Notes: a model not told the origin generated them from the letters alone. A DNA stretch of 64,000 nt from Kiritimatiellia bacterium (GCA_038330175.1 JBBQNS010000004.1:67-64066), one strand, 5' to 3'. Numbered from the stretch's first letter, positions 29,846-39,885 are shown. Numbers and translations: made by a program.

Positions 29846-30456
29846 AATTCTATTTTCGCTTTCACTTTTCGTCCACGTTTATCAAAAAACTCAAGTTGGG
29901 GGTCTTTGACGATATTATAGACCTTAAGAATACGTAGGATCTGTAATAGGTCGGATTTTTCATAATTCCGGTTACCCCGCACTGACGAGACCAGCTCCTG
30001 TAGCATCGTACGGAAAGGCAGGACGCCATCAACCCCTCGCTCTCTCAAGCCTTCCAATGTTTTCGTCTGCAGCTCCACGGATACCGGTAATTCGGGAATA
30101 CAGAGAATGACGGCTAGCGGCTCACCGCCTAAACGGGCCGCCCCAGCCAAACGCGCCGAGCGCTCAGCATATCTCAGGATTTCAGGAGCTTGCTCATAAG
30201 AGCCAGAATAAAAACGCTCAGAATGCCCACCGCGCACACCCACTAAAGCTCGACGAATGCCTTTTAAATGCGACCCAGACCAAACCATCTCCGTGGGGAC
30301 CACATGCTCAAGGATTTGTGGATGAGTGACTAACAAGTCCAACTCTTCCTCAATCCGCTTATTCCGTTTGGCCGACACGTATTTACAAGGCTGATTAACG
30401 AAATACCCTAAGTGTTCAAAATAGTCCCTGACAATTTGTTCATTTACAGCAGACAT
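29842..30456 (-). CDS. hypothetical protein
   Basis: The internal Met MSAVNEQIVRDYFEHLGYF.. has an AAGGAGG SD and begins just after the aroB stop. The longer ORF-track start would overlap aroB by ~190 nt. Confidence 0.4.
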   Translation of the reverse strand: MSAVNEQIVRDYFEHLGYFVNQPCKYVSAKRNKRIEEELDLLVTHPQILEHVVPTEMVWSGSHLKGIRRALVGVRGGHSERFYSGSYEQAPEILRYAERSARLAGAARLGGEPLAVILCIPELPVSVELQTKTLEGLRERGVDGVLPFRTMLQELVSSVRGNRNYEKSDLLQILRILKVYNIVKDPQLEFFDKRGRKVKAKIEL

Positions 30457-31528
30457 TCCAAACCTCCTTGAGGACGGAATCATCCACCTCACAACCGACC
30501 ACTGCCGCCCCCAGTTTCTGGGACAATACAAAACGCGGGCGCTTTTTAAGGGTCTTCTTGTCAGACAACATCGCTTCGCGAAGATGGGACCATGAGGTTT
30601 GCGCATTCGCCTCCGGCTGGACCGGTAAACCAAGCGCCTGGAGCAAATTCGAGACTCTCACGGCATCAGTGTGGGCAAACCCCGAAACCTTAACGGAAAG
30701 ATGGGCGGCATAATGCATCCCCATGGCCACGGCCTCGCCATGTAACCAACGTCCATACCCACCCGCCTTTTCCAAGGCATGCCCCAGAGTGTGGCCAAAA
30801 TTGAGAATAGCGCGCGGCCCGATTTCCCGCTCATCCATGGCAACCACTTCAGCTTTAATTTCGCAACAGCGCGCTATTACGGATTCCAGCAACCCTGGAT
30901 CACGTCTAAGCAACTCGTTGGTGTTTTTTTCTAACAAATGGAAAAAAGCCGCATCCCAAATCACTCCATATTTGACCACCTCGGCTAGTCCTGAGACATA
31001 TTCGCGTTGGGGGAGCGTTTTAAGCAGATCCAAGTCCGCGTCCACTTCGATGGGCTGATAAAAGGCGCCTACCAGATTCTTGCCTTGCTCTAAGTTAACT
31101 CCGGTTTTGCCGCCAACGGAACTATCCACCAGGGCCAGCAACGAGGTTGGGATCTGAACAAATCGAACACCCCGAAGGTAAGTAGCCGCGACAAATCCAG
31201 CTAAATCACCTACCACTCCACCCCCAAGCGCGACAACGAGGCAATTCCTATCCAAACCTGCAGAAGCCGCCTTGGCGTACAAAAACTCAACCCATTTCAT
31301 GGATTTTGTTTCCTCACCAGCAGGGACTACTGCACTGATACAGGAGATTCCCCTCGCCTCCATCTGCTTGCGAACCGCTTCCCCATGGATTGCATCCACA
31401 TTGGAATCTGAAATGACGAGTGCTTGGATGTTCGACTTATCATCAATGGCCGAAACAAAAGTCATTCCCTTCCCGATATGAATGGGGTACGAACGTTCCG
31501 CAAGTTTTACCTGAATTATTTTTGCCAT
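30440..31528 (-). CDS. aroB: 3-dehydroquinate synthase
   Basis: DHQS motifs (..GGGVVGDLAGFVAATYLRGVRFVQIPTSLLA.., ..LNFGHTLGHALE..). The start is trimmed to MAKIIQVKL. Confidence 0.88.
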   Translation of the reverse strand: MAKIIQVKLAERSYPIHIGKGMTFVSAIDDKSNIQALVISDSNVDAIHGEAVRKQMEARGISCISAVVPAGEETKSMKWVEFLYAKAASAGLDRNCLVVALGGGVVGDLAGFVAATYLRGVRFVQIPTSLLALVDSSVGGKTGVNLEQGKNLVGAFYQPIEVDADLDLLKTLPQREYVSGLAEVVKYGVIWDAAFFHLLEKNTNELLRRDPGLLESVIARCCEIKAEVVAMDEREIGPRAILNFGHTLGHALEKAGGYGRWLHGEAVAMGMHYAAHLSVKVSGFAHTDAVRVSNLLQALGLPVQPEANAQTSWSHLREAMLSDKKTLKKRPRFVLSQKLGAAVVGCEVDDSVLKEVWNVCCK

Positions 31529-31606
31529 ATCAGTCCTTCCACCCTCCGCGAACAGCGGGGTCATGGGGCTTAATCTACCTTACTCCAAGAACAGAGTCAA
31601 CGCGGG

Positions 31607-31728
31607 CAGCAGTTCTCATTATGGCCCTGTTCGATCAATCTTTCTAAGAGCGGAACGTGTAAACGTTCCGGAAATGCCCGGAATCGTCACCGATTCCGCT
31701 CCAAAAAAGTCATAATGACAATTACTGC
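31607..31728 (+). repeat. structured intergenic element family 4, copy 2; flanked by 9-bp direct repeat caacgcggg (MITE-like)
   Basis: Contains the same palindrome CGGAACGTgtaaACGTTCCG (31651-31670). Imperfect terminal inverted repeats cagcagttctcattatg / cataatgacaattactgc. caacgcggg lies on both sides (31598-31606 and 31729-31737). Confidence 0.7.
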
Positions 31729-31763
31729 AACGCGGGAGGAAGCATGTGGACGCAACGCATAGG

Positions 31764-33215
31764 TTATCCATGATCGATTACGGGCAATTCCACATGAAAC
31801 TTTGTTCCTTGCCCGACTTCACTCTGAAACCATAACGCTCCGCCATGATCTTTAATGATACCATGACTTATGGACAAACCTAGCCCAGTTCCTTTGTCAC
31901 GTGACTTAGTGGTAAAAAACGGATCTATAATCCGCTCCCTGAGAGCTACCGGAATGCCGGCTCCATGATCTTCGACCGTCAAACGCAACCAGGAATGCGG
32001 AGCCTCCCCTTCAATCATGGGTATTCGGGCTGCATCACTTCCCGTCGTTTTAGCCACAATAATAATTTTTTTATCTGCATCATATCCGGCATACTTTTCA
32101 TTGAGAGCATCTCGGGCATTAGTGAGCAGATTCATAATCACTTGCTGGATCTGCTGAATGCGACATTTGATTACAGGAAGGTCTTCAGGGACTTCAACTT
32201 CCAAAATAATCTGGTCGTGCCGCAAAACCGTTCTTACCAGTGAAAGAGTACCCTCAACAATCTCGCATAAACGAGCCGGTTCATATTTCTGTTTTTCAAC
32301 CCGTGCGAATGAAAGAAGATTTTTTACGATCGTGGCAATACGCTGGGATGCCTTGCCTATTCCTGTGGCAAATTCGGCAATCGGAGTTTCTGGTCCGACC
32401 GACTCGCTAATCATCTGAGCGTAGCCCATGATGCCCATGATCGGATTGTTGATTTCGTGCGCCACACCACTTGCAATCGTTCCAATGGCTTCCAATTTCT
32501 GGGACTGAATCAGTTGCGCCTGTAGCAAGTCCCTCGACTCCTCAGCACGTTTGTGTTCGGTAATGTCACGTATCACCTCAATTGCACCACAACGCTGACC
32601 ATCACGGTTAAACAACGGCGAAGCCACACCCCAGAGATAAGCGCCTTTGCCGCCATTTAGGAAAGGCACAAAGGATTCGGCAATAACCGTCTCGCCTTTT
32701 CTTTGGACATAACTAAAAGTGGCTTCCACCACCGTCGACGGAGTATCGAGCAAATCAATCAAGGTTGCCCGCCTTTCACCGTGGAACGGTTCGGCATAGG
32801 CGAAATCACCCTGCCCAAGCATGGCCTCCTTCTTAACAGCGGTCATGACTTCGCAAGCGTGATTCCAGGCAATAACCCGTTTATTCTGATCAATTACAAA
32901 AGTGGCATCGGGGAGAAATTCAATCACATCCACAAGCCGTTGTTCCGCCGCCTTCATAGCGGCTTCGCCCCGCTCACGAGCCCACACCTCAATGCGCAAA
33001 AGAGCTGTCAGCAAGAGGGCGGTAACCACTACGAAGGCAAGGCCTTTGTAAATAGACCAATGCATAATGGCAATGGGATCAGTGAACAACACAGCCAAAA
33101 AACGGTCTGACAAGATGATCCATAGCCCGGCAAAAAGGACATAGGGTAGAACTACCCGAAAGATCATTTGCCTCATTAGTCGGTTCATAGGCTCTTTCCC
33201 ATGATGTTTACTCAC
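31764..33215 (-). CDS. membrane-anchored PAS sensor histidine kinase (orphan)
   Basis: N-terminal TMs, PAS, H-box ..GVAHEINNPIMGI.. and HATPase (..DHGAGI.., GTGLGLSI). Confidence 0.85.
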   Translation of the reverse strand: MSKHHGKEPMNRLMRQMIFRVVLPYVLFAGLWIILSDRFLAVLFTDPIAIMHWSIYKGLAFVVVTALLLTALLRIEVWARERGEAAMKAAEQRLVDVIEFLPDATFVIDQNKRVIAWNHACEVMTAVKKEAMLGQGDFAYAEPFHGERRATLIDLLDTPSTVVEATFSYVQRKGETVIAESFVPFLNGGKGAYLWGVASPLFNRDGQRCGAIEVIRDITEHKRAEESRDLLQAQLIQSQKLEAIGTIASGVAHEINNPIMGIMGYAQMISESVGPETPIAEFATGIGKASQRIATIVKNLLSFARVEKQKYEPARLCEIVEGTLSLVRTVLRHDQIILEVEVPEDLPVIKCRIQQIQQVIMNLLTNARDALNEKYAGYDADKKIIIVAKTTGSDAARIPMIEGEAPHSWLRLTVEDHGAGIPVALRERIIDPFFTTKSRDKGTGLGLSISHGIIKDHGGALWFQSEVGQGTKFHVELPVIDHG

Positions 33216-33669
33216 ACCTCTCGTTCACCACTCATCATCATAGCGATGAAAGCGGGATGAGTCCAGCGCTCCATCGCGAAATCACAAGTCCGGTCGTCGC
33301 TGACAAACTCAATAGCAAACGAAGCGTTTCAGGTGGAAGATCTTCCACAATGACTACCTGATGGATCCGCTCGCGCTCTATAATTATTTACGTGGCTGAT
33401 TCTGCGTTGATTATGAAACCTAAATGCTCGGCATCCTGGTCGTCCGCATAGGTGGCATCCGGAGCTTCCTGCGACCGCCGGATCCTAGGCCTATGGCTTT
33501 CCTCGAAGCGATGGGTCTCGATGCTAACGTTTTTCTTGATCCCCAGTGTCAATGCACTCCAATAATTCCCCAATCTTTGATCAAAAAGGGGTGATGTGGG
33601 CCTCAAGGAATGAAATCAGCAAAATAAACGCATATTTCAACCACACTTCCACGTCCGGAAAGATGAATG

Positions 33670-34908
33670 TCACGAGCCCACCCCCTCCCCTTTGACGAGA
33701 CCCAAGGCTTCAATCCTTTCGCAAATCCGCCGGATGTTGTTCTCCCGATTAAAATAACGCTCCGCATAAAGATGCCCTGCACGTCCCCGTCGCTCCCTCT
33801 CCGCAGAATCCCCACATTCACGAAAGGCTTTAACAAGTCCCTCCCGATCCGATTCATCAACCACCCAGCCACCACCGGACTCGCAAATCCATTTTGCCGT
33901 TTCACTATTGGCAGGCCCCACATAGAGCACCGGCTTTCCCACTGCAAAGGCCGCTTGAAATTTGCTGGGCACAATCAGGCCGGCCCAACCGGAGCGGATG
34001 CTGACCAGCTGGACATCAGCACTGCAGAGATGTTCGCGTAACCGCTCGGGCGATGCCGGGGACAACAGTTCCACGGGCAATTCCGGATGTGCCTGTATAA
34101 ACCGCTCCACTTCAACCTGCCGAATCCCCCAGCCTGCAAACACCAGTCGCAGTGAATGGTCTGATCCCAATTTTTGCATCATTTCAAGGAAGACGCCGAT
34201 TTCATGTCCATACCCCATGTTACCTGTATACATCAGAATAGTTTGGTCACGGGGCCATCTGCGTTCTTCGCGTAAGAGATTGACTTGCCCGTCCGGCCAA
34301 GGTAATAACGCATCCAATGACCATAACGGGATCGTTTCAATTTTGGAATCCGCTACGCAAGCTTCCTCCTGTTTCACCCATTGGGTCATGGCTGAACCCA
34401 AGGTGATGATCAAGTCAGACCGCCTCCACTCCCAACGCGTCATCCAAGCCAGGACTCGATGCTGAAGCGATCCCTCGCGTACCAGATTATGCGCCACCAG
34501 AACCTGTGGATAGAGATCCATAATCCAATGAACACGCCGGCATCTTCGTCCTACAGCAAGTGAAGCAACCCAGCCAATCCATGGCGGCGTCGTCAAGGTT
34601 ACAACGACGTCGGGTTTAGGGCGCATCGCAAACAGGGCCCACCAAGCCTGACACATAAATTTCGCATAACCGATGGCCTTCCCTACCAGGGACACCGCTT
34701 CTTGGCCCGAAGCGCCCACCCGAATCTCCTGCACCTGCCCATGAGTAGATATTCTTTCCGGCGCGGCCTTCGAGGAGTACGACAGGCGGGAACTAACTAC
34801 GGAAACCTGATGCCCACGTGCAGCCAAACCCTCGGCCAAATCACGCAGATAACGCCCTGTTGGCGCCAAATCCGGCGGATAAAATTGATTGACTAGGGTT
34901 ATATGCAT
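33670..34908 (-). CDS. glycosyltransferase family 4 (GT1-group)
   Basis: GT-B fold with a C-terminal E-x7-E-like region. The start is trimmed to MHITLVNQFYPPD, overlapping the upstream GT2 stop. Confidence 0.75.
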   Translation of the reverse strand: MHITLVNQFYPPDLAPTGRYLRDLAEGLAARGHQVSVVSSRLSYSSKAAPERISTHGQVQEIRVGASGQEAVSLVGKAIGYAKFMCQAWWALFAMRPKPDVVVTLTTPPWIGWVASLAVGRRCRRVHWIMDLYPQVLVAHNLVREGSLQHRVLAWMTRWEWRRSDLIITLGSAMTQWVKQEEACVADSKIETIPLWSLDALLPWPDGQVNLLREERRWPRDQTILMYTGNMGYGHEIGVFLEMMQKLGSDHSLRLVFAGWGIRQVEVERFIQAHPELPVELLSPASPERLREHLCSADVQLVSIRSGWAGLIVPSKFQAAFAVGKPVLYVGPANSETAKWICESGGGWVVDESDREGLVKAFRECGDSAERERRGRAGHLYAERYFNRENNIRRICERIEALGLVKGEGVGS

Positions 34909-34912
34909 GACT

Positions 34913-35572
34913 TTAAAGTTTGGCTTCATTGACTTTGAGCGTGATCATGGTTTCATACATGGCCTGTAGTTTTGCATAAGTAAGACCGGCACGCCCATCC
35001 AAGAAGCCCGCTCGAACTACATAGACATAAATGAATCTCAATAGTGAACGGGCCGGCAGTCGATAGGACAAACCGCGTAATGCCGTCCGCCGTCGAACGG
35101 GATCCAGACTGCAACAACCAGCCCAATCAAGGCTCGGAAGGGCTTGCAAGATCCGTTCTGCTTCACGCGTTGAATAGCGGTTATGCCGTTCAAACCAATC
35201 GGCCCACCCCTTGGAGAAATTATAATGCAGGAATGGCTCTTTCAGATATTCAAACCGGCCATCCGCTCGTGATACGCATTCTCCATGGCCAGCGGGTGCA
35301 TACTCTACCCGGTCGCGATGAACAAGCCGCTGAAGAATCCAGGAGTGTTTTAAACCGGCCTCCGCCATGGCCCAATTCCGCTGGTCAGCGAACGACTGCA
35401 TTTCGTGAGACACCACTCGGGCTCCGTTCGTCTCCGACACCGCAACCGTGCTGTCCACGCTACGATCATTAACCACGACCACCTCATCAGCGAAGGCAAG
35501 CGCAGGCAGACAACGCCGGAGATTACTTTCTTCATCACACGCCAAAACTACCACTGAGAGAGAAATTTTCAT
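34913..35572 (-). CDS. glycosyltransferase family 2
   Basis: ..LSVVVLACDEESNLRRCL..VVVVNDRSVDST.. GT-A fold with DxD region. Confidence 0.75.
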   Translation of the reverse strand: MKISLSVVVLACDEESNLRRCLPALAFADEVVVVNDRSVDSTVAVSETNGARVVSHEMQSFADQRNWAMAEAGLKHSWILQRLVHRDRVEYAPAGHGECVSRADGRFEYLKEPFLHYNFSKGWADWFERHNRYSTREAERILQALPSLDWAGCCSLDPVRRRTALRGLSYRLPARSLLRFIYVYVVRAGFLDGRAGLTYAKLQAMYETMITLKVNEAKL

Positions 35573-36126
35573 GACGGCTTACCCATCACCCGATTTTTTA
35601 TAAAAAAAACAGGATTTCCCGCTACAATCTCCCACGCGCCAACATCCTTGATCACCACTGCCCGAGCTCCGACAACGGTGCCCTTCCCAACCTGAACGCC
35701 GGGCACTATAAAGGCATCGGCACAAATCCAGGCGTCATCTCCAATCGAAATGGGCGCCCGGACCAATGGCAAACCCGGGTCACAGTAGTCATGGGTACCG
35801 GCACACAAGTGGGCATATTGTGAAATTGTCACGCGCTCGCCCAGCGTCACCTTCCCTAGATCATAAATCCGGGCATACTCACCAATAGAGGACCAATCGC
35901 CCACGGTGAGGTTCCAAGGCTGTTCGATTCGGGCCGTTGGGTACACATTCACCTTTCGTCCGATCCGGGCCCCGTGAAGCCGGAGAAGAAACCGACGCCA
36001 GCCGAACATGGGGCGGAAACTGAACCGAAACAGGATAGCCCCACCACCCCACACTACACGGCGAAACATTTCGCTGCTGGAATATGAAGATACGTGACGA
36101 TTTTTCTCAATATCAGCGTGGATCAT
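35569..36126 (-). CDS. hexapeptide-repeat acetyltransferase (WcaF/WbbJ-like)
   Basis: Left-handed beta-helix repeats ..IGDDAWICADAFIVPGVQVGKGTVVGARAVV.. Confidence 0.75.
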   Translation of the reverse strand: MIHADIEKNRHVSSYSSSEMFRRVVWGGGAILFRFSFRPMFGWRRFLLRLHGARIGRKVNVYPTARIEQPWNLTVGDWSSIGEYARIYDLGKVTLGERVTISQYAHLCAGTHDYCDPGLPLVRAPISIGDDAWICADAFIVPGVQVGKGTVVGARAVVIKDVGAWEIVAGNPVFFIKNRVMGKPS

Positions 36127-36557
36127 GGCTTGACCTTCATTCCCGCTTTCACAGCAAGCGACTTTTGACGAACATCGAAGGTATAGAAATATTTGACGCC
36201 GAGAGCGGCGGCCGCCGCCACGTGCAGAATGTCCGTTGCGAGGGTACCGAGTTTCTCGGTGTGTGCCGCACTGAGCGCTTCCGCCTCAGCGTAGACTTCT
36301 GCCCAGGCAACAGGAGTTTCCACGAGGGCCCCAGCCCTGATGTCATCTTCGATGGCGGCAATAACGCCGTGACATTCTGCAGGGGTGATATCTTTTCGGT
36401 ACAGTGCAAGCCGGACGGCATTTCGCGATTCATGACGAAGCAAGGGCGTGAAAGCGAGAGGAGACTTGAACGTGGAGGCCATTTGTTGTGCTACCCTGCT
36501 GTTCGCATCCTGGCCGTAAAGGGACACAAGAAAACTGGTATCGGCGTAACCTACCAT
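36123..36557 (-). CDS. vapC: PIN-domain toxin (VapC)
   Basis: MVGYADTSFLVSLY.. with acidic residues in PIN positions. It overlaps the upstream antitoxin gene. Confidence 0.7.
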   Translation of the reverse strand: MVGYADTSFLVSLYGQDANSRVAQQMASTFKSPLAFTPLLRHESRNAVRLALYRKDITPAECHGVIAAIEDDIRAGALVETPVAWAEVYAEAEALSAAHTEKLGTLATDILHVAAAAALGVKYFYTFDVRQKSLAVKAGMKVKP

Positions 36558-36799
36558 CGCCGTTCCTCCCGTTCTTTCAAAACTTGCCCTGCAAGATGCG
36601 TGCGCTTTTCACCGAAGGTAGTTTTCGCGCGTGCCGCGAAGTCCGGCATCTTAAAGGTGGCCGGGGCTTGCGCCCGAGCCGGGCAAATCCGCGCGACCGG
36701 CCGAGTCCGATTCAACACGGTCACTTCTTCACCATCGGCAACCCACGCCAGCACGGTACTGAAATCGTGATGAACTTGTCTGATCGTTGCTGTCTTCAT
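36551..36799 (-). CDS. Phd/YefM-type antitoxin
   Basis: MKTATIRQVHHDFSTVLAWVADGEEVTVLNRTRPVARI.. is characteristic Phd/YefM. Confidence 0.7.
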   Translation of the reverse strand: MKTATIRQVHHDFSTVLAWVADGEEVTVLNRTRPVARICPARAQAPATFKMPDFAARAKTTFGEKRTHLAGQVLKEREERRW

Positions 36800-37142
36800 G
36801 TGTCACAGTATGTGATACATCATCCATCAAAGTCAAGTGTCAGCGGGTCCGGGGCGCATCTGCGATCAATGACTTATTCTTTTGGGCAAGTTCTGCCTTT
36901 TCGGCCTCTACAGATTGGACAACATCCTGCATCTTGACGGTCGGAAGTGTGTATTTGCCTCTCGGGAAACATCCGGTGACCGATGCTACATGCCCCCGCA
37001 AAATGCCATATGTGATTGACGAGCCAGCCGATCAAGTAATCCTCTGTCCACGGCACGATCCTGAACGGATGCCATTTCGGAGCACGAAATTGTGCGGTCC
37101 GATATCCCTCAATCAAATCGATCCCAGCGGCTGAATCGTCCA

Positions 37143-37913
37143 TCAGATAATTGCGTTCGATGCGGTATCCCGTTTTTCAAGCACCAGCCCGATCACATCC
37201 GCCGGCCGTCCCTTTGTGTATCCATTCCCGATCCTCTTCCGGGGCCATTGGAGATCCAATCGCCCAACCGGAAACAAACCGGAGTCCCATACCAGTGAAA
37301 ACGGATCTGCTTCACAATAGGTCACAAATATCTCAACATCCATGGTGACGATCAGGCGTCCCCCTGGCTTGAGGACACGCGCCATCTCCTGAATCCCCTT
37401 CCTCGCCGTCGCCTCTTCAACGTGCTCAATATCGCTGAGGCAAAACACACGGTCAAACGAACTATCCTCAGTGGCAAGATGATCCATCCCACTCTTCTGG
37501 ACTTTCAGCCCTGTGCGCCTGAGGAACTCTTCATCCACACCAAACGCCTTATGACGCGTCCCGCAGTCAAACACATCAGGATCAAATCCCGTTACATCGC
37601 AATGAGCCTCCCGCTCCAGATAAATCGTAAAAGGCGTTCGCCCGCAACCGAGGTCCGCGCACGTCATCCCCGCTTCCAGACCCGCAGATAAAATAGCATA
37701 AGGAAACTCCCAGTACCGAGATCCATAAACCTGGGGTTGCGCATAAAGTTTGGCGGACCAAGGGTAGCACTGCTCATTGACATCCTGATGATCCGACAGA
37801 TCAAATTCTCTATTCAGTGCCGACATGATGTCGTTAATTTTTTGAAATCGAGGCGAAAACACTTCACCGGTGGTTGCAAAACGTGAGCCAACATCAAAAG
37901 TGTCATCCTGCAT
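37143..37913 (-). CDS. class I SAM-dependent methyltransferase
   Basis: Motif I ..CADLGCGRTPFTIYL.. and post-I acidic residue. The start is trimmed to MQDDTF, overlapping the wzt stop. Confidence 0.7.
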   Translation of the reverse strand: MQDDTFDVGSRFATTGEVFSPRFQKINDIMSALNREFDLSDHQDVNEQCYPWSAKLYAQPQVYGSRYWEFPYAILSAGLEAGMTCADLGCGRTPFTIYLEREAHCDVTGFDPDVFDCGTRHKAFGVDEEFLRRTGLKVQKSGMDHLATEDSSFDRVFCLSDIEHVEEATARKGIQEMARVLKPGGRLIVTMDVEIFVTYCEADPFSLVWDSGLFPVGRLDLQWPRKRIGNGYTKGRPADVIGLVLEKRDTASNAII

Positions 37914-37914
37914 T

Positions 37915-39228
37915 TTACCCACTCTTTTCCTTCTCCGACAATCCACTCCAGGTTGCCGGAACTGCAACCATTCCCCGCTGGCGCCGGTCAAGAGGTTCAG
38001 CCCGGTCATGCGCAACCGAAAGCACTGAAAATGAAAAGACGTCAGGAATCCAGTCGAGCCCCATCAGGGAGGCATGGCGTGAGGCGCCGACATGGATCTC
38101 AAACCGGCCTGGCAGAAAAGTTTTGCCAGGGATACTGCAGGTGATAAAGCGCTGCTGGCCATCTCCGACCGCAGAAAAGGGAGGGGTCAGAACCGTGCTG
38201 ACGCAACTTCCTCCGGAGTAGATTTCAATTCCCACCTGAACCTCTTGAATGGTCTCCCGGCTTCGAATCCCCATCGTGATCCCGACCAGCTCTCCATAAT
38301 TCAAGGTGCTGGTCTGCCGCCCGTCTTCCCCGCACAACTCAATCGTCTCAATCTGGAAGGGGGAAATCACCCGGTGATTTTCCGGGGCAAGCTCAACGCG
38401 CCCTTCCGAAGTTTGCCCGCTTTGCAGGTATTCAGACACCATATCCCCGGATGTCCCCTCCTTGAAAACGCCACCATCCTTCATCCAGATGACCCTTGAA
38501 CAAAGACTCACAACGGAGCCCATGTTATGGCTGACGAAAAGCACCGTGCGCCCGCCTTTGGCGACATCGCCCATTTTTCCGAGACACTTCTTCTGAAAAG
38601 CGGCATCCCCCACCGCCAAAACCTCATCCACTAGCAGTATCTCCGGCTCAAGATGCGCGGCGATGGCAAACGCGAGGCGCACATACATACCCGACGAATA
38701 CCGCTTCACGGGAGTGTCGATAAACTTGTCCACTTCAGCGAAGGCTACAATCGCATCGAATCGCGATCTGATTTCAGCCCGCGTCATCCCCATGATCGCA
38801 CCGTTCAAAAAGATATTTTCACGCCCGGTCAATTCGGGATGGAACCCCGTTCCCACTTCCAGAAGACTGGCCACGCGACCCCTCATCTTCACCTCGCCCA
38901 CCGTCGGCGCCGTCACGCGGGTCAGAATCTTCAGGAGGGTACTTTTGCCGGCTCCGTTCCGCCCGATAATGCCAAGGATTTCCCCGCGCTTAACTTCGAG
39001 GGAAACATTCTGGAGCGCCCATACATAAGCAGAGTTCTCAAGCGGCGTCGATCCAGTCGCCCTCACGGCTTCAAGCTGTTGCAATTGATCCAATCGCAAT
39101 GAGGGGTCCGGTCGCCCGCGCAACCGTGCCCAGCACCGGGATAGATCTTCGTGCAAACTCGTCCGCCCGACCAGTCCGAGCCGATAACGCTTGCCGAGAT
39201 TTTCGACCTTTATGACGACATTATTCAT
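37915..39228 (-). CDS. wzt: polysaccharide ABC-transporter ATP-binding protein (Wzt/TagH-like) with C-terminal extra domain
   Basis: Walker A GRNGAGKST, signature and Walker B ..ILLVDEVLAVGD.., with a ~180-aa C-terminal domain. The start is trimmed to MNNVVIKVENLGKRY. Confidence 0.85.
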   Translation of the reverse strand: MNNVVIKVENLGKRYRLGLVGRTSLHEDLSRCWARLRGRPDPSLRLDQLQQLEAVRATGSTPLENSAYVWALQNVSLEVKRGEILGIIGRNGAGKSTLLKILTRVTAPTVGEVKMRGRVASLLEVGTGFHPELTGRENIFLNGAIMGMTRAEIRSRFDAIVAFAEVDKFIDTPVKRYSSGMYVRLAFAIAAHLEPEILLVDEVLAVGDAAFQKKCLGKMGDVAKGGRTVLFVSHNMGSVVSLCSRVIWMKDGGVFKEGTSGDMVSEYLQSGQTSEGRVELAPENHRVISPFQIETIELCGEDGRQTSTLNYGELVGITMGIRSRETIQEVQVGIEIYSGGSCVSTVLTPPFSAVGDGQQRFITCSIPGKTFLPGRFEIHVGASRHASLMGLDWIPDVFSFSVLSVAHDRAEPLDRRQRGMVAVPATWSGLSEKEKSG

Positions 39229-39230
39229 GA

Positions 39231-39318
39231 GAGAAAGCTGAAAGCAGAAAGCTGAAAATTGAAATAAGACAGATAGGAGAAAGCAGAAAACAGAAAGCTG
39301 AAAGCTGGAAGCAGACAC
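39231..39318. repeat. low-complexity GAAAGCTGAAAG-type repeat block (left flank of four-helix-bundle cassette)
   Basis: Iterated agctgaaag/cagaaag units. This is the reverse-complement counterpart of the block at 39797-39885. Confidence 0.75.
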
Positions 39319-39372
39319 AAGCCCCTTGGTATGGCCTTAAAATTTATGCAAAAGTCATTCATCATTCCTCTT

Positions 39373-39777
39373 TTACTCTCCCTGAAATTTCTGCTTTCTG
39401 CTTTCAACTTTCAGCTTTCCTCTTGTTTTCTTCACCATGGTGGTGCAAATTGCGATGAGCTCATCAGATTTACGATAAAGATCTGCAAGCAAAATATCGG
39501 AAATTCCGCAATCATCTCGCAACAACTCAAGCCAAAGCTGAGATTCATCCGCTTCCTGCATACCCCCTTCGAGTTCCGAACAGAATTCGGCATCTGATCG
39601 GGCGCGCGATGCCTCCCTGATATGAGCCGCGACTGACGTGCCTGATCTCAACAACTGTGTACCGAGAACCCGCACTTCCTCACGTCCTTTCGGCAACCCA
39701 ACAAACAAACGGATTATCTTAGACGCAAACCCCTTGGCCCGCCCTCGAAATTCCTGCGAAAGTCGCCCCTCATTCAT
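39373..39777 (-). CDS. four-helix-bundle protein (TIGR02436 / 23S rRNA intervening-sequence protein family)
   Basis: ..LGTQLLRSGTSVAAHIREASRARSDAEFCSELEGGMQEADESQLWLELL.. matches the family consensus (..LTSQIRRAA.SI..NIAEG..R.S..EF..FL.IA.GS..E..). Confidence 0.75.
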   Translation of the reverse strand: MNEGRLSQEFRGRAKGFASKIIRLFVGLPKGREEVRVLGTQLLRSGTSVAAHIREASRARSDAEFCSELEGGMQEADESQLWLELLRDDCGISDILLADLYRKSDELIAICTTMVKKTRGKLKVESRKQKFQGE

Positions 39778-39796
39778 CCCCTTTTTCCCTCTCCCA

Positions 39797-39885
39797 AAAG
39801 TTTCAGTTTTTCAGTTCTCAGTTTTTTCAGCTTTCACTCAGCTTTCAGTTTTCTGTTTTCAGCTTTTAATTTTCAGCTTTTCCTC
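39797..39885. repeat. low-complexity CTTTCAGCTTT-type repeat block (right flank of four-helix-bundle cassette)
   Basis: Iterated tttcagctttt/cagtttt units. It ends exactly at the wzm stop codon. Confidence 0.75.

Noticed and set aside
35044-35472. 142-aa plus-strand ORF inside the GT2 gene
   Set aside because: It is antisense to a well-supported glycosyltransferase and has no motifs.
39225-39407. 60-aa ORF MKAESRNFRESK...FSFLS and similar ORFs (39331-39597, 39638-40024) across the GAAAGCTGAAAG blocks; also considered as a CRISPR array
   Set aside because: Translation of low-complexity repeat DNA gives Phe/Ser/Leu runs. The repeats are irregular 9-12-nt units without unique spacers and no cas genes are nearby, so this is not a CRISPR.
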